A DNA stretch of 64,000 nt, taken from assembly GCA_025594325.1 (NCBI GenBank), contig JANHCV010000014.1, positions 1-64,000 on the forward strand. The letters run 5' to 3'. Below, one piece after another: positions 36,966-48,000 of the stretch (its first letter is position 1; each line of letters begins with the position of its first letter). The position numbers and the translations under genes are program-made. The notes beneath the pieces are model-generated. The model did no database searches, was not told the origin of the DNA, and saw only the letters and a program-made list of their open reading frames with translations. This DNA is from Blastocladiella emersonii ATCC 22665 (Eukaryota > Fungi > Blastocladiomycota).

Positions 36966-37260
36966 GGTGGACGCGGGAAGTTCCCAGGCTCGCAACCTCT
37001 GCACACTTCGCATGTACTCTATCAGGTAGACGTGTTTTTGATCACCCTCCATGATGGGTTTGGTCGTGGTCGCTGGCCAGGTCGCCGGTTCCCCTGCCAG
37101 TTCCCCGCGTAGCGCCACCTCTGCGGGCTGCTGCGCCACGGCGCCGCCGCTTTCGTCAGCCGGGCCGCGCAATTTGCCGTGCCGTTCCCCGCGCTCGTCG
37201 ATCCCCCTCTGCCGTTGCTCGCTCTCTTTGCTCATGTAACTTTTGCCATCTTGCGACACT

Positions 37261-39071
37261 ATGCAAACTTCAGAGAGCAAGCTCCCGGCGACGCCGAGCG
37301 CGTCGAGCGACGAGGCCCTCGCCGTGGACTCCTCCACGCCCGCCGCCGCTCCGCTGGCCGCCGGCGTCCCTGACGGCACCAACGACGTGTCGCCGTTCCC
37401 GTGGAAAGGCGTGCTGTGCCTGAGCATGGTCATGTTCACCAACGCGTTCCTGTTCCTCACGATTCTGCCCTTCATGACCTGGTGCGTGCAAGCGAGCACT
37501 GCTCCGCGTGCTGAGCAGGGAGCTGACAGCGGCGATAAAGGATGGTCGAGGACTTCAAGGTCACCGACGACAAGAACCAGGTCGGCACCTACTCGGGCTG
37601 GCTCACGGCGTGCATGATGATCGGCGGCACCATCTCCAGGTGCGTTATTCACGCATCGTCGGACCCGTGCCCCCGCGCGAACTAACGACTGCGTTGTGCA
37701 GCTATCCGTGGGGAATGGTCAGCGACGCGTACGGCCGCAAGCCTGTACTCATGTTCGGCCTGTTCTCGGCGTCGATCGCGCTGATCCTGTTCGGCTTCTC
37801 GTCGACCTTCACCGAGGCCATCATCTGGCGCACCGTGTCGGGCCTGATGAACGGCGTGGTAGGCACGGCGAAAGCGCAAATGGCCGAGGTGTGCGACAAG
37901 CACCACCTGGCGCGCGGGTTCGCCGTCATGTCCGTGGCGTGGGGCATCGGCGTGGTGTTTGGCCCGATCGCGGGCGGGTTCCTCGCGCGGCCCGCGGTCC
38001 TGTACCCGTCGCTGTTCTCTGAGGGCTCCTTCTTCGCCAAGTGGGCGTACGCGCCGCCCGCGCTGTTCGGCGCGCTCGTCGGGTTCGTCGTCGTCGCGGC
38101 CGTCTGGTTCTACCTCCCCGAGACGCGTCAGAACGTGCGCCCGATCCCAGGATTCACGTGGCTGCAGGAGAATGTGCGCCGGCACGAACCCGTCGCGGCC
38201 AAGAAGCAGGACGACGGCTCGCACGACTCGATGGTCGAGCTGACCGACGCGGGCGCGGCGACGACGGCCGCCAAGACCAGCGAATCGGAGCGGTCGCTCA
38301 CGCTGTGGGAGCTGTGCCGCGACCGGCCGATCCTCATCACGGCGCTACTGTACGGGTGCACGGCCGCGGTCGAGATCTCGTTTGTCGAGTCGCAGGTGCT
38401 GTGGTCGCGGCTGCCGCGCGAGGAGGGCGGGCTTGCGCTGGACTCGTCCGACATTGGCGTGGTCACGTCGTCCAACGGCGCCGTGACGCTCGTGTACCAG
38501 CTGTTCGTGTACCCGTGGCTCATCACCAAGGTGCCGCTGCTCACCATGTTCCGCATCGGCACGGCGCTGCCGCTCGTCGCGCATCAGCTGTTCCCGCGCG
38601 TCCCCGAGATCCTCGGCGTCGGCGTCTCCAAGGGCGTCGGCATGGGCGCGCTCATCGTGCTGCAGGCGATTTCTGGCATCGGGTCGGCCACGGCGTTCAC
38701 CACCATCTTCGTGCTCGTGTCCAACTCGGCCCTCGACAAGGACAAGGGCTCGTCGAACGGACTTGGCCAGACCGTCGCGTCGTTTGCGCGCATCATCTTT
38801 CCCATCCTGGTACGTCCTTGCACTCCGCCGGCGCAACGCGGGCCATGACTGACATCCGCGCCCGTGTCTCCTCCAGTCGGGCAACCTGTTCTCGCTGTCG
38901 CTGTACAACGAGGGCGAGCCGTTCGACTACCACCTCATGTTCTACCTCATCAACTTCATGACGCTGGCCACTCTCGCCGTGACGCTGCTGCTCGACCTCA
39001 CCATCAACCTGCCGCGTGCGGAAGCCGACGCCCACTACAACGCCAAGCGCGGCGAGGTGGTCGTGGCGTAA
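37261..39071 (+). CDS. MFS transporter (ZIFL1/tetracycline-efflux-like), 4 exons
   Basis: WGMVSDAYGRKPVL (MFS motif A), GPIAGGFLARP and GSSNGLGQTVASFARI; multiple TM segments. Confidence 0.9.
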
Positions 39072-39288
39072 CGCCGCAGCGAGTCGGCCACCGTGTATCA
39101 GTGGGCCCAGAGACCTAGATTTATCCATGTATAGACGTTTCCCTACCCGAGTGCAGGCCGGCGGTGAGACACGCGATCGGCGAGCAAGTGGAGCCAAGCG
39201 CGCGCGCGTGGTCGGTCTCTGCGCCATCGCGGCGCGGCGGCCTTCCTCTCTCTCCCGCAACGCTCCAGCACGAGCGAACCGCATTACC

Positions 39289-40398
39289 ATGGATCCGACC
39301 GTGCACACGTATCATCTCGCCGCATCGCACTGGGCGGCCTACACGGGCCTCGCCGCCGCGACTGTCGCGGGCGCAGCGCAGATCGCGACCGCCGTGTCGC
39401 AGCTGACCGTCGCCGACGCGGCCACGCTCACGGGCGGCTCGGTCGCCGCCGCTGCGGCCGTACTCGGCGGCGCCGTCGTCGTGACCACGGGCACCGCGGC
39501 CGCCGCGTCGCTCGGCGCCGTGCGCGTGACGTGGCCGACGACGGCCATCGTGCTCGGGATGCTGGCTGTCAGCAACATCGTGCTCGCCGTCATCGCGCTC
39601 AGCAACGTCGCTGACATCGAGGGCGTCATGGACGACGCGTGGCAGACCGCGTACGAGTCGCACCCGACGCGGATCCGCGAGGTCCAGACGCAGGTACGGG
39701 TTTCGCGCGGCGGGCCGAGCTGGTGCTAACGATGATGCGCGTCCAGGACGAGTGCTGCGGGCTGTGGTTCCCGACCGACCGCGCCCTGCCGCGCGCGGGA
39801 CCTGACGGTGCGTCGTCACGTTCGCGCGGTAGACAGTCGCTGACATCGCCCTCCCCGCTTCAGCGTGCATCAACAGCGCTGAGTTCGGGTACCGCACGCC
39901 GTGCTACCCGGCGCTCGCCGCCTCGTACCGCAGCATGCAGACGTGGCTCGGCAGCGCGTCGATTCTCGTCGCCGGCGTCCTCGTACGTTGCCACGCCGCT
40001 CTGATCCGTTCGCCGCACTCACTCCCTCCGTCAACCCTTAGTCGCTCAACGTCCTCGCCGTCCTGGTCCTCGCCGCCGCGCACTCGCTCGACGTGCTCGC
40101 GTACGGGTACCAGCCGGTCCCGACCGACGCCGTTGGCGGGTGGCCCGCGACCTCGTCGCCGTACACGGCGGCCGCAGGCGCGGCGTGGGACGAGTCGGAC
40201 GAGACGGTCGCCCCGCTCGAGGGCGTCAGCCCGGAGACGTGGCAGGCGATCGGCACCGTGGTCCCGCTGCCGCCCGACACCGAGGCCGGTGGGAGCGGGT
40301 CGCCGACCAACGGCGGCGGCGGCGGCGGCGGCGAGGAGCGCGAGAACCGCGAGCGCGGCGACGATGAGGGAGCGACTGAGGGGACCCCGACGCCGTGA
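39289..40398 (+). CDS. Tetraspanin-like protein (paralog B), 4 exons
   Basis: REVQTQ|DECCGL...|ACINSAEFGYRTPCYPAL. Introns ~39694-39747, 39809-39863 and 39984-40041 lie at the same positions as in paralog A. Confidence 0.72.
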
Positions 40399-40658
40399 TT
40401 GTTTTCTGTCCGAGCCATGTATTTTGTTATCACGTACCGACTAGGGACGGAGAGCAGGGCGGAGAGGTGAAGGGTCCGAGTGCGGGGCTTTGCCCAAGCA
40501 ATCCCTCCGAGGCATAGCGTGCCGAAGCGACGCGTTGTTCATTTGAGCCTCGAGCACGTGGATGATCCGGTGGCGCTGACTCGAACGGGTGGGCCGGCGT
40601 CGGCGCGGAAAAGCTGCCCCGCGGTCCGCCAGTGGTCCTCGCTCTCCCCAACAACTCC

Positions 40659-41954
40659 ATGCATTCAATGAACGACGACTCAACTCCGGCCCCGCCCAAG
40701 GTGACGCTCGACGACCTGCCGCTCGTCGCGCTCGAGAACATCCTGGCGCGGTGCACGCCGCGGGACGTGCTGACCGTGTCGCGCCTGTCGCGCAAGTGGC
40801 ACACGATGCTGTCGAGCGCCGACGAGGAGCTGTGGAACGGTCTCCTTCGCGCGCACGCGTCGCGGTTCGCCCACGTCGTCCTCGCCCGCGCGCGCCGGCT
40901 GCAGCTCGACACCGTGACGCCGCGCGACCTGTACTTTGCGACCGTGTGCCGGGCCGAGATCCACGCGTGGGGCCAGATGGCGTGCGAGGCCGAGTGGCGC
41001 AACCCGGGCCACGTCCCTGTCGCCCTCGACGCGCCCGACGGCGTGCAAGAGCCGATTACGCAGATCGCCATGGGCGGGACCGCGCTGTACGTGGTCTACG
41101 GCGACGGCACGCTCGCGGCGCTCGGGCGCGTCCTCGAGTACGCGGGCCGGCGCCGCGACGAGCTCACGGTCATCCGCCGCGACGTGCGGCGCGTGGTCCC
41201 CGCGCGGTACGGCGTGGCGATCCTGACCAAGGCCGGGAAGTGGGTCCGGTCCGAGGTGCGCAACAACGAGCAGCAGGAGGAGAAGGAGTACCGGCCGCGC
41301 TGGACGGGGCACCAGGAGGAGAGCAGTGACGAGGAAGAGGAGGACGACGAGCTCGGGCCCACGTCGCTCGTTGTCGGGTCCGGCTGGGAGTGGATCGTCA
41401 CGTACGACGCCAAAACCAAGATGCTCGTCGCGTCGCGCAACGGGACCGAGGTCAAGTGCACGTTCCCGCACCCCGGCGTCCGGTTCGTCGGCAACACCGA
41501 GGATGACGTGGTCGTCGCCACGGCGACGCACGTCTACCAGCGCGCGATCCATCCCGCCGCCGAGTCGGACCCGTGGCGCGAGCTGTTCGCCGTCACCACC
41601 ACGGGCCCGCGCGAGGCGATTGTCGAGCTCAACTGCTTTTACCGCACCATCGGGCTCCGCACCACGCGGCGCGCGCTGTTCCTCGAGCCGGGCAACCCGG
41701 TCCCGCGCGAGCTCCCCGCGGGCGTGTGCAGCCTCGCGACGGGCGACTGGCACCACGGGTTCATCACCGACGACGGGTCCGTGCACACGTGGGGCGCGTA
41801 CTCGGACGGCGCCAACGGCTGCGAGCGTGGCGCCGTCCAGGAGCCCGAGCCCATGGCGTGCTTCGAGCAGGACCGCACCAAGGCCGTGATCCACCTCGCT
41901 ATGGGCGGGTGGTCGTCAGTCGCGCTGGTGGTCCCACTGGGCCCGGTTTCTTGA
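40659..41954 (+). CDS. F-box protein with RCC1-like repeats (Saf1-like)
   Basis: LDDLPLVALENILARC..DVLTVSRLSRKW (F-box); ITQIAMGG, CSLATGDWHHGFITDDGSVHTWG and VIHLAMGGWSSVAL (RCC1-like). Confidence 0.82.
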   Translation: MHSMNDDSTPAPPKVTLDDLPLVALENILARCTPRDVLTVSRLSRKWHTMLSSADEELWNGLLRAHASRFAHVVLARARRLQLDTVTPRDLYFATVCRAEIHAWGQMACEAEWRNPGHVPVALDAPDGVQEPITQIAMGGTALYVVYGDGTLAALGRVLEYAGRRRDELTVIRRDVRRVVPARYGVAILTKAGKWVRSEVRNNEQQEEKEYRPRWTGHQEESSDEEEEDDELGPTSLVVGSGWEWIVTYDAKTKMLVASRNGTEVKCTFPHPGVRFVGNTEDDVVVATATHVYQRAIHPAAESDPWRELFAVTTTGPREAIVELNCFYRTIGLRTTRRALFLEPGNPVPRELPAGVCSLATGDWHHGFITDDGSVHTWGAYSDGANGCERGAVQEPEPMACFEQDRTKAVIHLAMGGWSSVALVVPLGPVS

Positions 41955-42087
41955 CGGACGGGCCGGAGAGTGTATAGATGCCAGTTTTGATGGAGCTCGA
42001 CCGACTGAACGGCGTGGGCTCGAAACCGCCGCTGGATCCCGTGCGCGGTCCTCGCTCTCCGAGCGACCACCGCCCAATGCAAATCAC

Positions 42088-42330
42088 ATGCAGACGATAG
42101 AAAACTGCGAGGGGGAAGTGCAACCAGAGCGCGCTGCGACCCTTATAGACCTGCCGCTCGTCGCGCTGGAGAACATCCTCGCGCGGTGCGCACCACGAGA
42201 TGTCCTCGCTGGCGCGCGAAGCTCTCAAGCACCGACGCCGATCTCTGGCACGGCCTGCTTCATGCCCATGCGCCGCGATACGCGCCCGTCGTCCTGAGCC
42301 GCGGGCGCCAGCTCAAACTTCCCTCGCCGC
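42088..42330 (+). pseudogene. Truncated, frameshifted duplicate of the adjacent F-box gene
   Basis: DLPLVALENILARCAPRDVL is nearly identical to the paralog. A ~22-nt deletion follows, then WRAKLSSTDADLWHGLLHAHA..VVLSRGRQLKL in another frame; homology stops at ~42322. Confidence 0.85.
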
Positions 42331-42564
42331 CCGCGAAAACGCGCACAATAGGCAGACCGAGCTCGTCCAGGAGACGCTCGCGGAAGTCAAGCTCGCGCTC
42401 GCCCTCGCCGAGGGCGCCCGCGACGACACCCTGCGCGAGCGCGACGCCGCGCACGAGCAGATCGAGCAGCTCGTCTTGCCGCGGCTCATCGACCTTGCCC
42501 CTGACCTTGCTCGCGACACCTTCCTCACGGCGCAGCCGAACCTTCTACGCGTCGTCACGAAAAG

Positions 42565-44805
42565 ATGTATAAGTCGGTTGCCCGCAAGGGCCACGAGGTC
42601 ACGGTCACATACCGCCTCGCCCAGGTCCTCGCCAGCACGGACCGCGGCCCCGGTAGCCACTACGACCTGATCCGCGACGCCGTGCGGCGCGAGTCCGAGA
42701 TCCTGGCCGAGACTGCGGCCATGGCGCCCTTCTACCTCGACCTCATCAAGGACGAGCCCGACCTCAAGTTCGACCAGGGCGTGATCCGCATCATGTTCAA
42801 CGCCGTGAGCCACTCCAACTCGGTAAGGACCGGGCGGCCGTCCACGGGTCGCGAGGCCGAGTTCGTCAAGCGCGCCTACGAGATCTACGCGGCGTCAGCT
42901 CGCCCAGCCGGTCGGCCCAAGCCGTCGCGCGACCGCCTCGGTCCTGCCCTCGATTTCGCTGCTGCGTCGTACTGGAACTCGGTCCGCCACACGGGCAAGA
43001 AGATGGTGATCAAGTTCATTGGCGACCTGGCCGAGGCGCTGTCTCAGACGCGCGCCGTCAAGGGCATGTCGCAGTCCTCGGTCTCGGGTCTCGGCCGCGG
43101 GTTCAAGAAGAAGTCGGCGCGCAACCGCGACTGGTACATGGAGCTGCAGCAGGTCAAGGCCGACGCCGACGTGTACCGCGACCGCGACGAGCAGCCGTTT
43201 AGGCGCATGCAGCGGCTCGTCGACCTGGCCAAGCGCGACTTTGAGAACGGCCGCACCCTCCACCTCGTCGAGCCGCCGTCGCTCATCCCCATGCTCGGTG
43301 TCCGCCGCCGCACCATCGGCCTCGACATGACGTCGCTGCGCTGCGTCATCCACCTGCCCGAGGTTAAGGCGCCGCCCGAGGAGAAGGCCGCGCGCAGCGC
43401 CCGCATCAGCGCTGCGCACTGGGACCATCCCATCGAGGCCCTCGACGGCGTGCTCAAGCCCAAGATCCTGCGCGACGGCGACGACAAGAACAAGTACCAC
43501 GGCCTCATGTACATGGACGGCTACCTCGCCCGCGTCGTCTACGTCAAGGGTGGTGTGCGCGTCAAGAAGGGCCACGGCAACAAGGCGTCGGCCAACGGCG
43601 GGTCTGACAACGGGGAGGCGTCGGCGGCGACCTCGGCCAAGGGCACCTTCCTGCGCTACAACAACTCGGGCAAGGCCATCTACTCGAAGCCGTCGCGCAA
43701 GCAGTCGTCCAACACGTCGGCCACCACGTTGGCCTCGTCGTTGCCGCCGGCACCGCCCGGCCCGCGCGCCGAGCTCAAGGTCCACTCGCTCAAGACGATC
43801 CACATCCCCGAGGGCAAGTACACGGTCTGGATGGACCCCGGCGAGGACGACATCTTCACGGCGCTCAGCGTCGACCCCGAGCTGTTCGAGGCTCACGCTG
43901 AGCTCATGCGCCTCGTGCTCCAGGCCGCCGAGCTCGAGCAGGAGGCCGAGTCGCTCAAGGCCAAGCTCACCGACGCCGAGCTCAAGCGCAGGTCCAGGTC
44001 GTCGGTGTCGTCGTCGTCGGTCGAGTCGCCCAACGTCAAGATCATGCCCGAGGTCGCAAAGATTGCCCGCGAGGTCGTGTCGTCGGTCGTCCTCGAGAAG
44101 TCGCTGTCCCACTCGGTCTCGTCCAAGACGTACCACCACCAGACGCTGCACGACAAGATGATCGAGCGTCGCGCCATGTGGCGCGAGGAGGCGGGCATGC
44201 CCGAGGAGGACCTCAAGCAGTCGCTCGCCGCTCGTGGCGACCCCAAGAAGTCGACTGGTCGTGACTACATCACCCAGGCCAAGGCGCTCGTCGAGAGCCT
44301 CGACAAGCGTTTCGCCGAGGAGTTCCACGACCGCCTGCCGCGCATGCGGTTCATGGTCGAGGCCCGCGAGCGCAGGTGGTGGTCCGAGCTCGCGTACTCG
44401 CTGCGCGACGCGGTCGTCATGGTCGGGTGCAACCTTCACGGTTTCGGCATGGTCTCGTCCAAGCTGAAAGCGCCCGTCAAGACCATGATCCGCGAGCTGC
44501 GCGCCGCCGGCATCCCCGTGTACCTGGTCGAGGAGAACTACTCGTCCAAGTGGTGCGCGGCGTGCTTCTTCGCCGACCCTACGGCCGACGACGAGACCTT
44601 CAACCTCACGGGCAAGTCGTACAAGACGCGGACGTGCCGCACGTGCGGCGTTCGGGTCCAGCGGGACCGCAACGCCGCGGTCAACATCTTCGGGTTCGCG
44701 CTCGGCCACTACCACTTTGTCCGCGTTGCGCCTCAGCCCAAGTCCACGTCGTCGTCGTCGTCGCTGCCGCAGGTCTCGCCCTCCTCACCGTCGACCTCGT
44801 CCTGA
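42565..44805 (+). CDS. Fanzor1 / TnpB-like RNA-guided endonuclease (746 aa)
   Basis: RuvC-I WMDPGEDDIF (D424, nt 43834), RuvC-II VYLVEENYSSK (E657, nt 44533), zinc finger C664/C667/C691/C694 and RuvC-III RDRNAAVNI (D701, nt 44665). Fanzor1-like WED motifs TIGLDMTSL and MYMDGYLARVVY lie upstream. Confidence 0.9.
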   Translation: MYKSVARKGHEVTVTYRLAQVLASTDRGPGSHYDLIRDAVRRESEILAETAAMAPFYLDLIKDEPDLKFDQGVIRIMFNAVSHSNSVRTGRPSTGREAEFVKRAYEIYAASARPAGRPKPSRDRLGPALDFAAASYWNSVRHTGKKMVIKFIGDLAEALSQTRAVKGMSQSSVSGLGRGFKKKSARNRDWYMELQQVKADADVYRDRDEQPFRRMQRLVDLAKRDFENGRTLHLVEPPSLIPMLGVRRRTIGLDMTSLRCVIHLPEVKAPPEEKAARSARISAAHWDHPIEALDGVLKPKILRDGDDKNKYHGLMYMDGYLARVVYVKGGVRVKKGHGNKASANGGSDNGEASAATSAKGTFLRYNNSGKAIYSKPSRKQSSNTSATTLASSLPPAPPGPRAELKVHSLKTIHIPEGKYTVWMDPGEDDIFTALSVDPELFEAHAELMRLVLQAAELEQEAESLKAKLTDAELKRRSRSSVSSSSVESPNVKIMPEVAKIAREVVSSVVLEKSLSHSVSSKTYHHQTLHDKMIERRAMWREEAGMPEEDLKQSLAARGDPKKSTGRDYITQAKALVESLDKRFAEEFHDRLPRMRFMVEARERRWWSELAYSLRDAVVMVGCNLHGFGMVSSKLKAPVKTMIRELRAAGIPVYLVEENYSSKWCAACFFADPTADDETFNLTGKSYKTRTCRTCGVRVQRDRNAAVNIFGFALGHYHFVRVAPQPKSTSSSSSLPQVSPSSPSTSS

Positions 44806-44829
44806 TCTGCCGCCGCCACCACCACCATC

Positions 44830-45030
44830 ACCACCGTCTCTACGGTTTCTTCACGCGCACGTATCCGCAATCGATGCAGCGCGTACGGTCTCGGGTGCGC
44901 CAAGTCCCCCATGTGTGGAAAGCGCCCGCGACGCAAGGGCCTTTTGAGGCCGCGCGTCCTGACCACCGGGTGTGGTCGCCTCGCACCCAACGCGGTGTCT
45001 GGCGTCCGCTCGTCTGTTCACTTCTTTAAG
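44830..45030 (+). ncRNA. Candidate Fanzor omegaRNA scaffold / element right end
   Basis: Stacked hairpins at 44833-44846, 44853-44884, 44930-44958 and 44961-44977, plus a long-range GGGTGCG(44893-99)/CGCACCC(44982-88) stem, directly 3' of the Fanzor stop. The ends are uncertain. Confidence 0.55.
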
Positions 45031-45099
45031 GAGTTGAGTATTGTGTTCTGTGTGTTGTTCATACTTGGAATACGAAAAGATGTATTATACTTATCCATC

Positions 45100-48000
45100 T
45101 TATCCATATCCACCGCTGATGGGCGCGGCGACGGCGGCGTGTGGTGGCGACGTCTCGCGCGACCTGCTGGCCGCCGCGCCGGCATCGTCAAAGACAAACG
45201 CCTCGAGCTGCTCGATGACCTGGGCGTACATGGGCGATGCGGGCCTGCGCTTAGCGAGTGCGGCGGCCGCGAGGCCCGGGACCGCGGCTGGCTTGGTGCC
45301 GGGCGGGGGCGACGGGAGCGGGATGTACGGCGGTGCCTGGTCCCTGACGCGGGCGAGGACGCGGTAGACGGCCGCGGCCGTGTCGGGTCCGGGGGCGACG
45401 TGGTACAGCGCGCCGAGGGCCTTGCTGGTGACCATGGCGAGGGTATCGACGACGTCGTGGTGGAGGACGCCGGGCCGGGCGAGCGCAGGGCAGAACCGTG
45501 CGATGCGCGCGGCCGTGACGAGCAGCGACTCGAGGCGCGGCGACACGGACTCGGCGCGGGCCTCGGCGACTTGCGCAGCGGCCGCCGCGATGCGCGGGAG
45601 CACGCGCTGGCGGACGTGCCGCGACAGCGACTCGGCAAAGTCGAACCCCTGGTACGTCGCGACCATCTCGGCCGCCGCGTACAGGTACTCGTCCCACGCG
45701 CCGAGCCGCTCGAGCGCGTACAGGTACGTCCGCAGCACCGTCGCCGACACGCTGCGCACGCCGCGCAGCAGGTCCGCGATCTTGGTCGCGCGCTGCAGCG
45801 GGTCCAGGGTCTCGTCGCCGTCGTCGTCAGCCGAGGTGCCAATGACGAGCTGGACATGCAGCGCGGTGCGCAGCATCGGGACCACGAGCGCCGGGTTGCC
45901 GAGCAGCGACGCGCTCGCGGCCTGCGCGCGCGCCTTGGCGTCCGACACGGCGCGGCGCGCGTCGTCGACCGACTTCCACCGCGGCATTACGGGCGGGTGG
46001 AGTTTCTGGTCGGTCTCGGGCAGCGTGACGGCCGAGTCTTCCTTGCGCGGCGACGCGGACGCCGAGTGCCGCCGCCCGCCATCAAACGACTTGCGGCGGA
46101 CGAGGTGCGACACGGCGTTGGCGGCCTTCTCCATGGCCGACCCGGCGCGCTCCTGCAGGGCGTGCTGGCGCGCGGACAGCGCCTCAATGCCGGTCCCGAG
46201 CGCGCCGCTGATACTCGGTTTTCCGCGGCGGTGCCCGCTCGCGCTGCCCGTGGGCGACGGCGACTTGGCGGCGGGTCCCGCATCCACGAGCGCGCGGATC
46301 TCGCGGCGTCGTTCCTCGTCGAGCGCCGGGTCCTCGTCGTAGACGGTCGGGAACAGGAGCCAGTGGACGAGCGTGGTCCACTCGCCGTGCAGGGGCTCGC
46401 CGGCGTGTCTCGCGCGCGCCGCCTGCCACTCGACGAGGTGCAGGCCGAGCTCGAGGCCCTCCGTGTACTGGTGCTTGAGGACCAGCAGGCACAGGTTGCG
46501 CAGCGCGGCCGGCGACGGCTGGAACAGGTCGAGGTCGAGCGCGAGCAGCAGCGGCGGCACCACGCGGCGGGCTTGGACTGCGTCGCGCAGCTCGAGGACC
46601 CGCGCCAGCTCGTGCTCGACGTCGCCCACGGGGATCGGCGGTGCGGGCTCTTCTTCAGGTTCCTCGTCGACTTGCTCTGGGATAGACGGCGCGACCGAGG
46701 CCCCGCCCGCCGACGTGCACGACACGGCCGACGCGGACCGCGACCGGCGGCCGCCGAGCTGCTGCTCGAGGACGGACCCGAGCGGCGTCGCGACGTTGAG
46801 CGACCCCCACCGCCCGCGCGACCCGCCCGCAAGCCCGAGGAACCGGCACGTTGACATGGGCAGCGTGAGGGTGCGCGCGGTACCGGACGCCAGGACCACT
46901 TCGACAGCGGGGCTCGCGACCGCGCTGTCCTGGCTGAGCATCGACGACGCGCCGGTGGTGCTCGCGTGCGCAGCGCCGTTCCCGCCGAGCGCGGTCGTGG
47001 TCGCGAACAGCCGCGTGACGGTTGCCGGCGGCCGCCGCGACCCGCTCGACCCCATAGCTGACGCCGCGAGACTCCCACACGGGACGGCGCCGTCGGGCCC
47101 GACCGCCGTGACATGCACCGCCGTGTAATCCGCCGTCGCGACGAGTCCCGGCGCGAGCAGCGCGACGTGCGCGACACGGTGCGTGTGCGGCGGGCTAAAC
47201 TCAACGACCGGGTGGGTGGGCGCGCGGAGGTCCCACTCGGCGACTGCGTCGCCGCCCGTCCATAGCGTGTGCGAGGATGCGGACCACAGCAGCGTCTCGA
47301 CGGCGTCGCCGCTGCGACCAATGGACGGCGCGGACACGTCGTCGTACCGCGACGGCGCGCGCGTACGCGGGTCCCACAGCCGGACGACGGGCGCGCCGCA
47401 CGTGTCGAGCGCGCGCGCCGTGTACGCGAACACGGCCGACGCGGGGTGCATCGCCGACGCGCCCGCGGCGTTCGGGAGCGTCCATCGGCGCCGCTGGCGT
47501 GTGAGGTCCCACGCGTCGAGGGCGCGCGATGATGGGATGTACACCGTGGCGAGGGCCAGGTTGTCGGGCATGACGGTCGGCGAGACGAGGCGGGTTTCCT
47601 CGTACTACACGCCGTAGTCGTTAGCGCGGCATGCGAGTTTGCGGCATCGGAAAGCGTACCGTGTCGTCGGGCAACACGGCCGTGTACTCGCCCGCCGCCT
47701 CGCCCTCGACCACGATGCGGTACACCTGCCCGCGTCCCGTCACGAGCACCTCGCTCGCGCCGACGGCCGCGACGCCGAACGAGGGCGACGGGAGCGTGAT
47801 CGCCGTCTGCGCCATGGCCAGCGACCCATTCCCACTACTGCTGCTCGCCTCGTCGCTCTGCGCCGCTGGCCGCGACATGACGTACACGTTATGCCGGAGC
47901 GAGGCGCACGTCGCGACACGGGTCGTTCCCAAAACGCACGCGTCGGTGATCCACGCGGCGGGATCGTCCCACGACCCGTGCACGCTCCACGCGGTGCCCG

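Noticed and set aside
42329-44931. GCCCGCGA at both the Fanzor left junction and in the 3' region as possible terminal repeats
   Set aside because: It is only 8 bp in GC-rich DNA and lies internal to the putative RNA scaffold; expected by chance.
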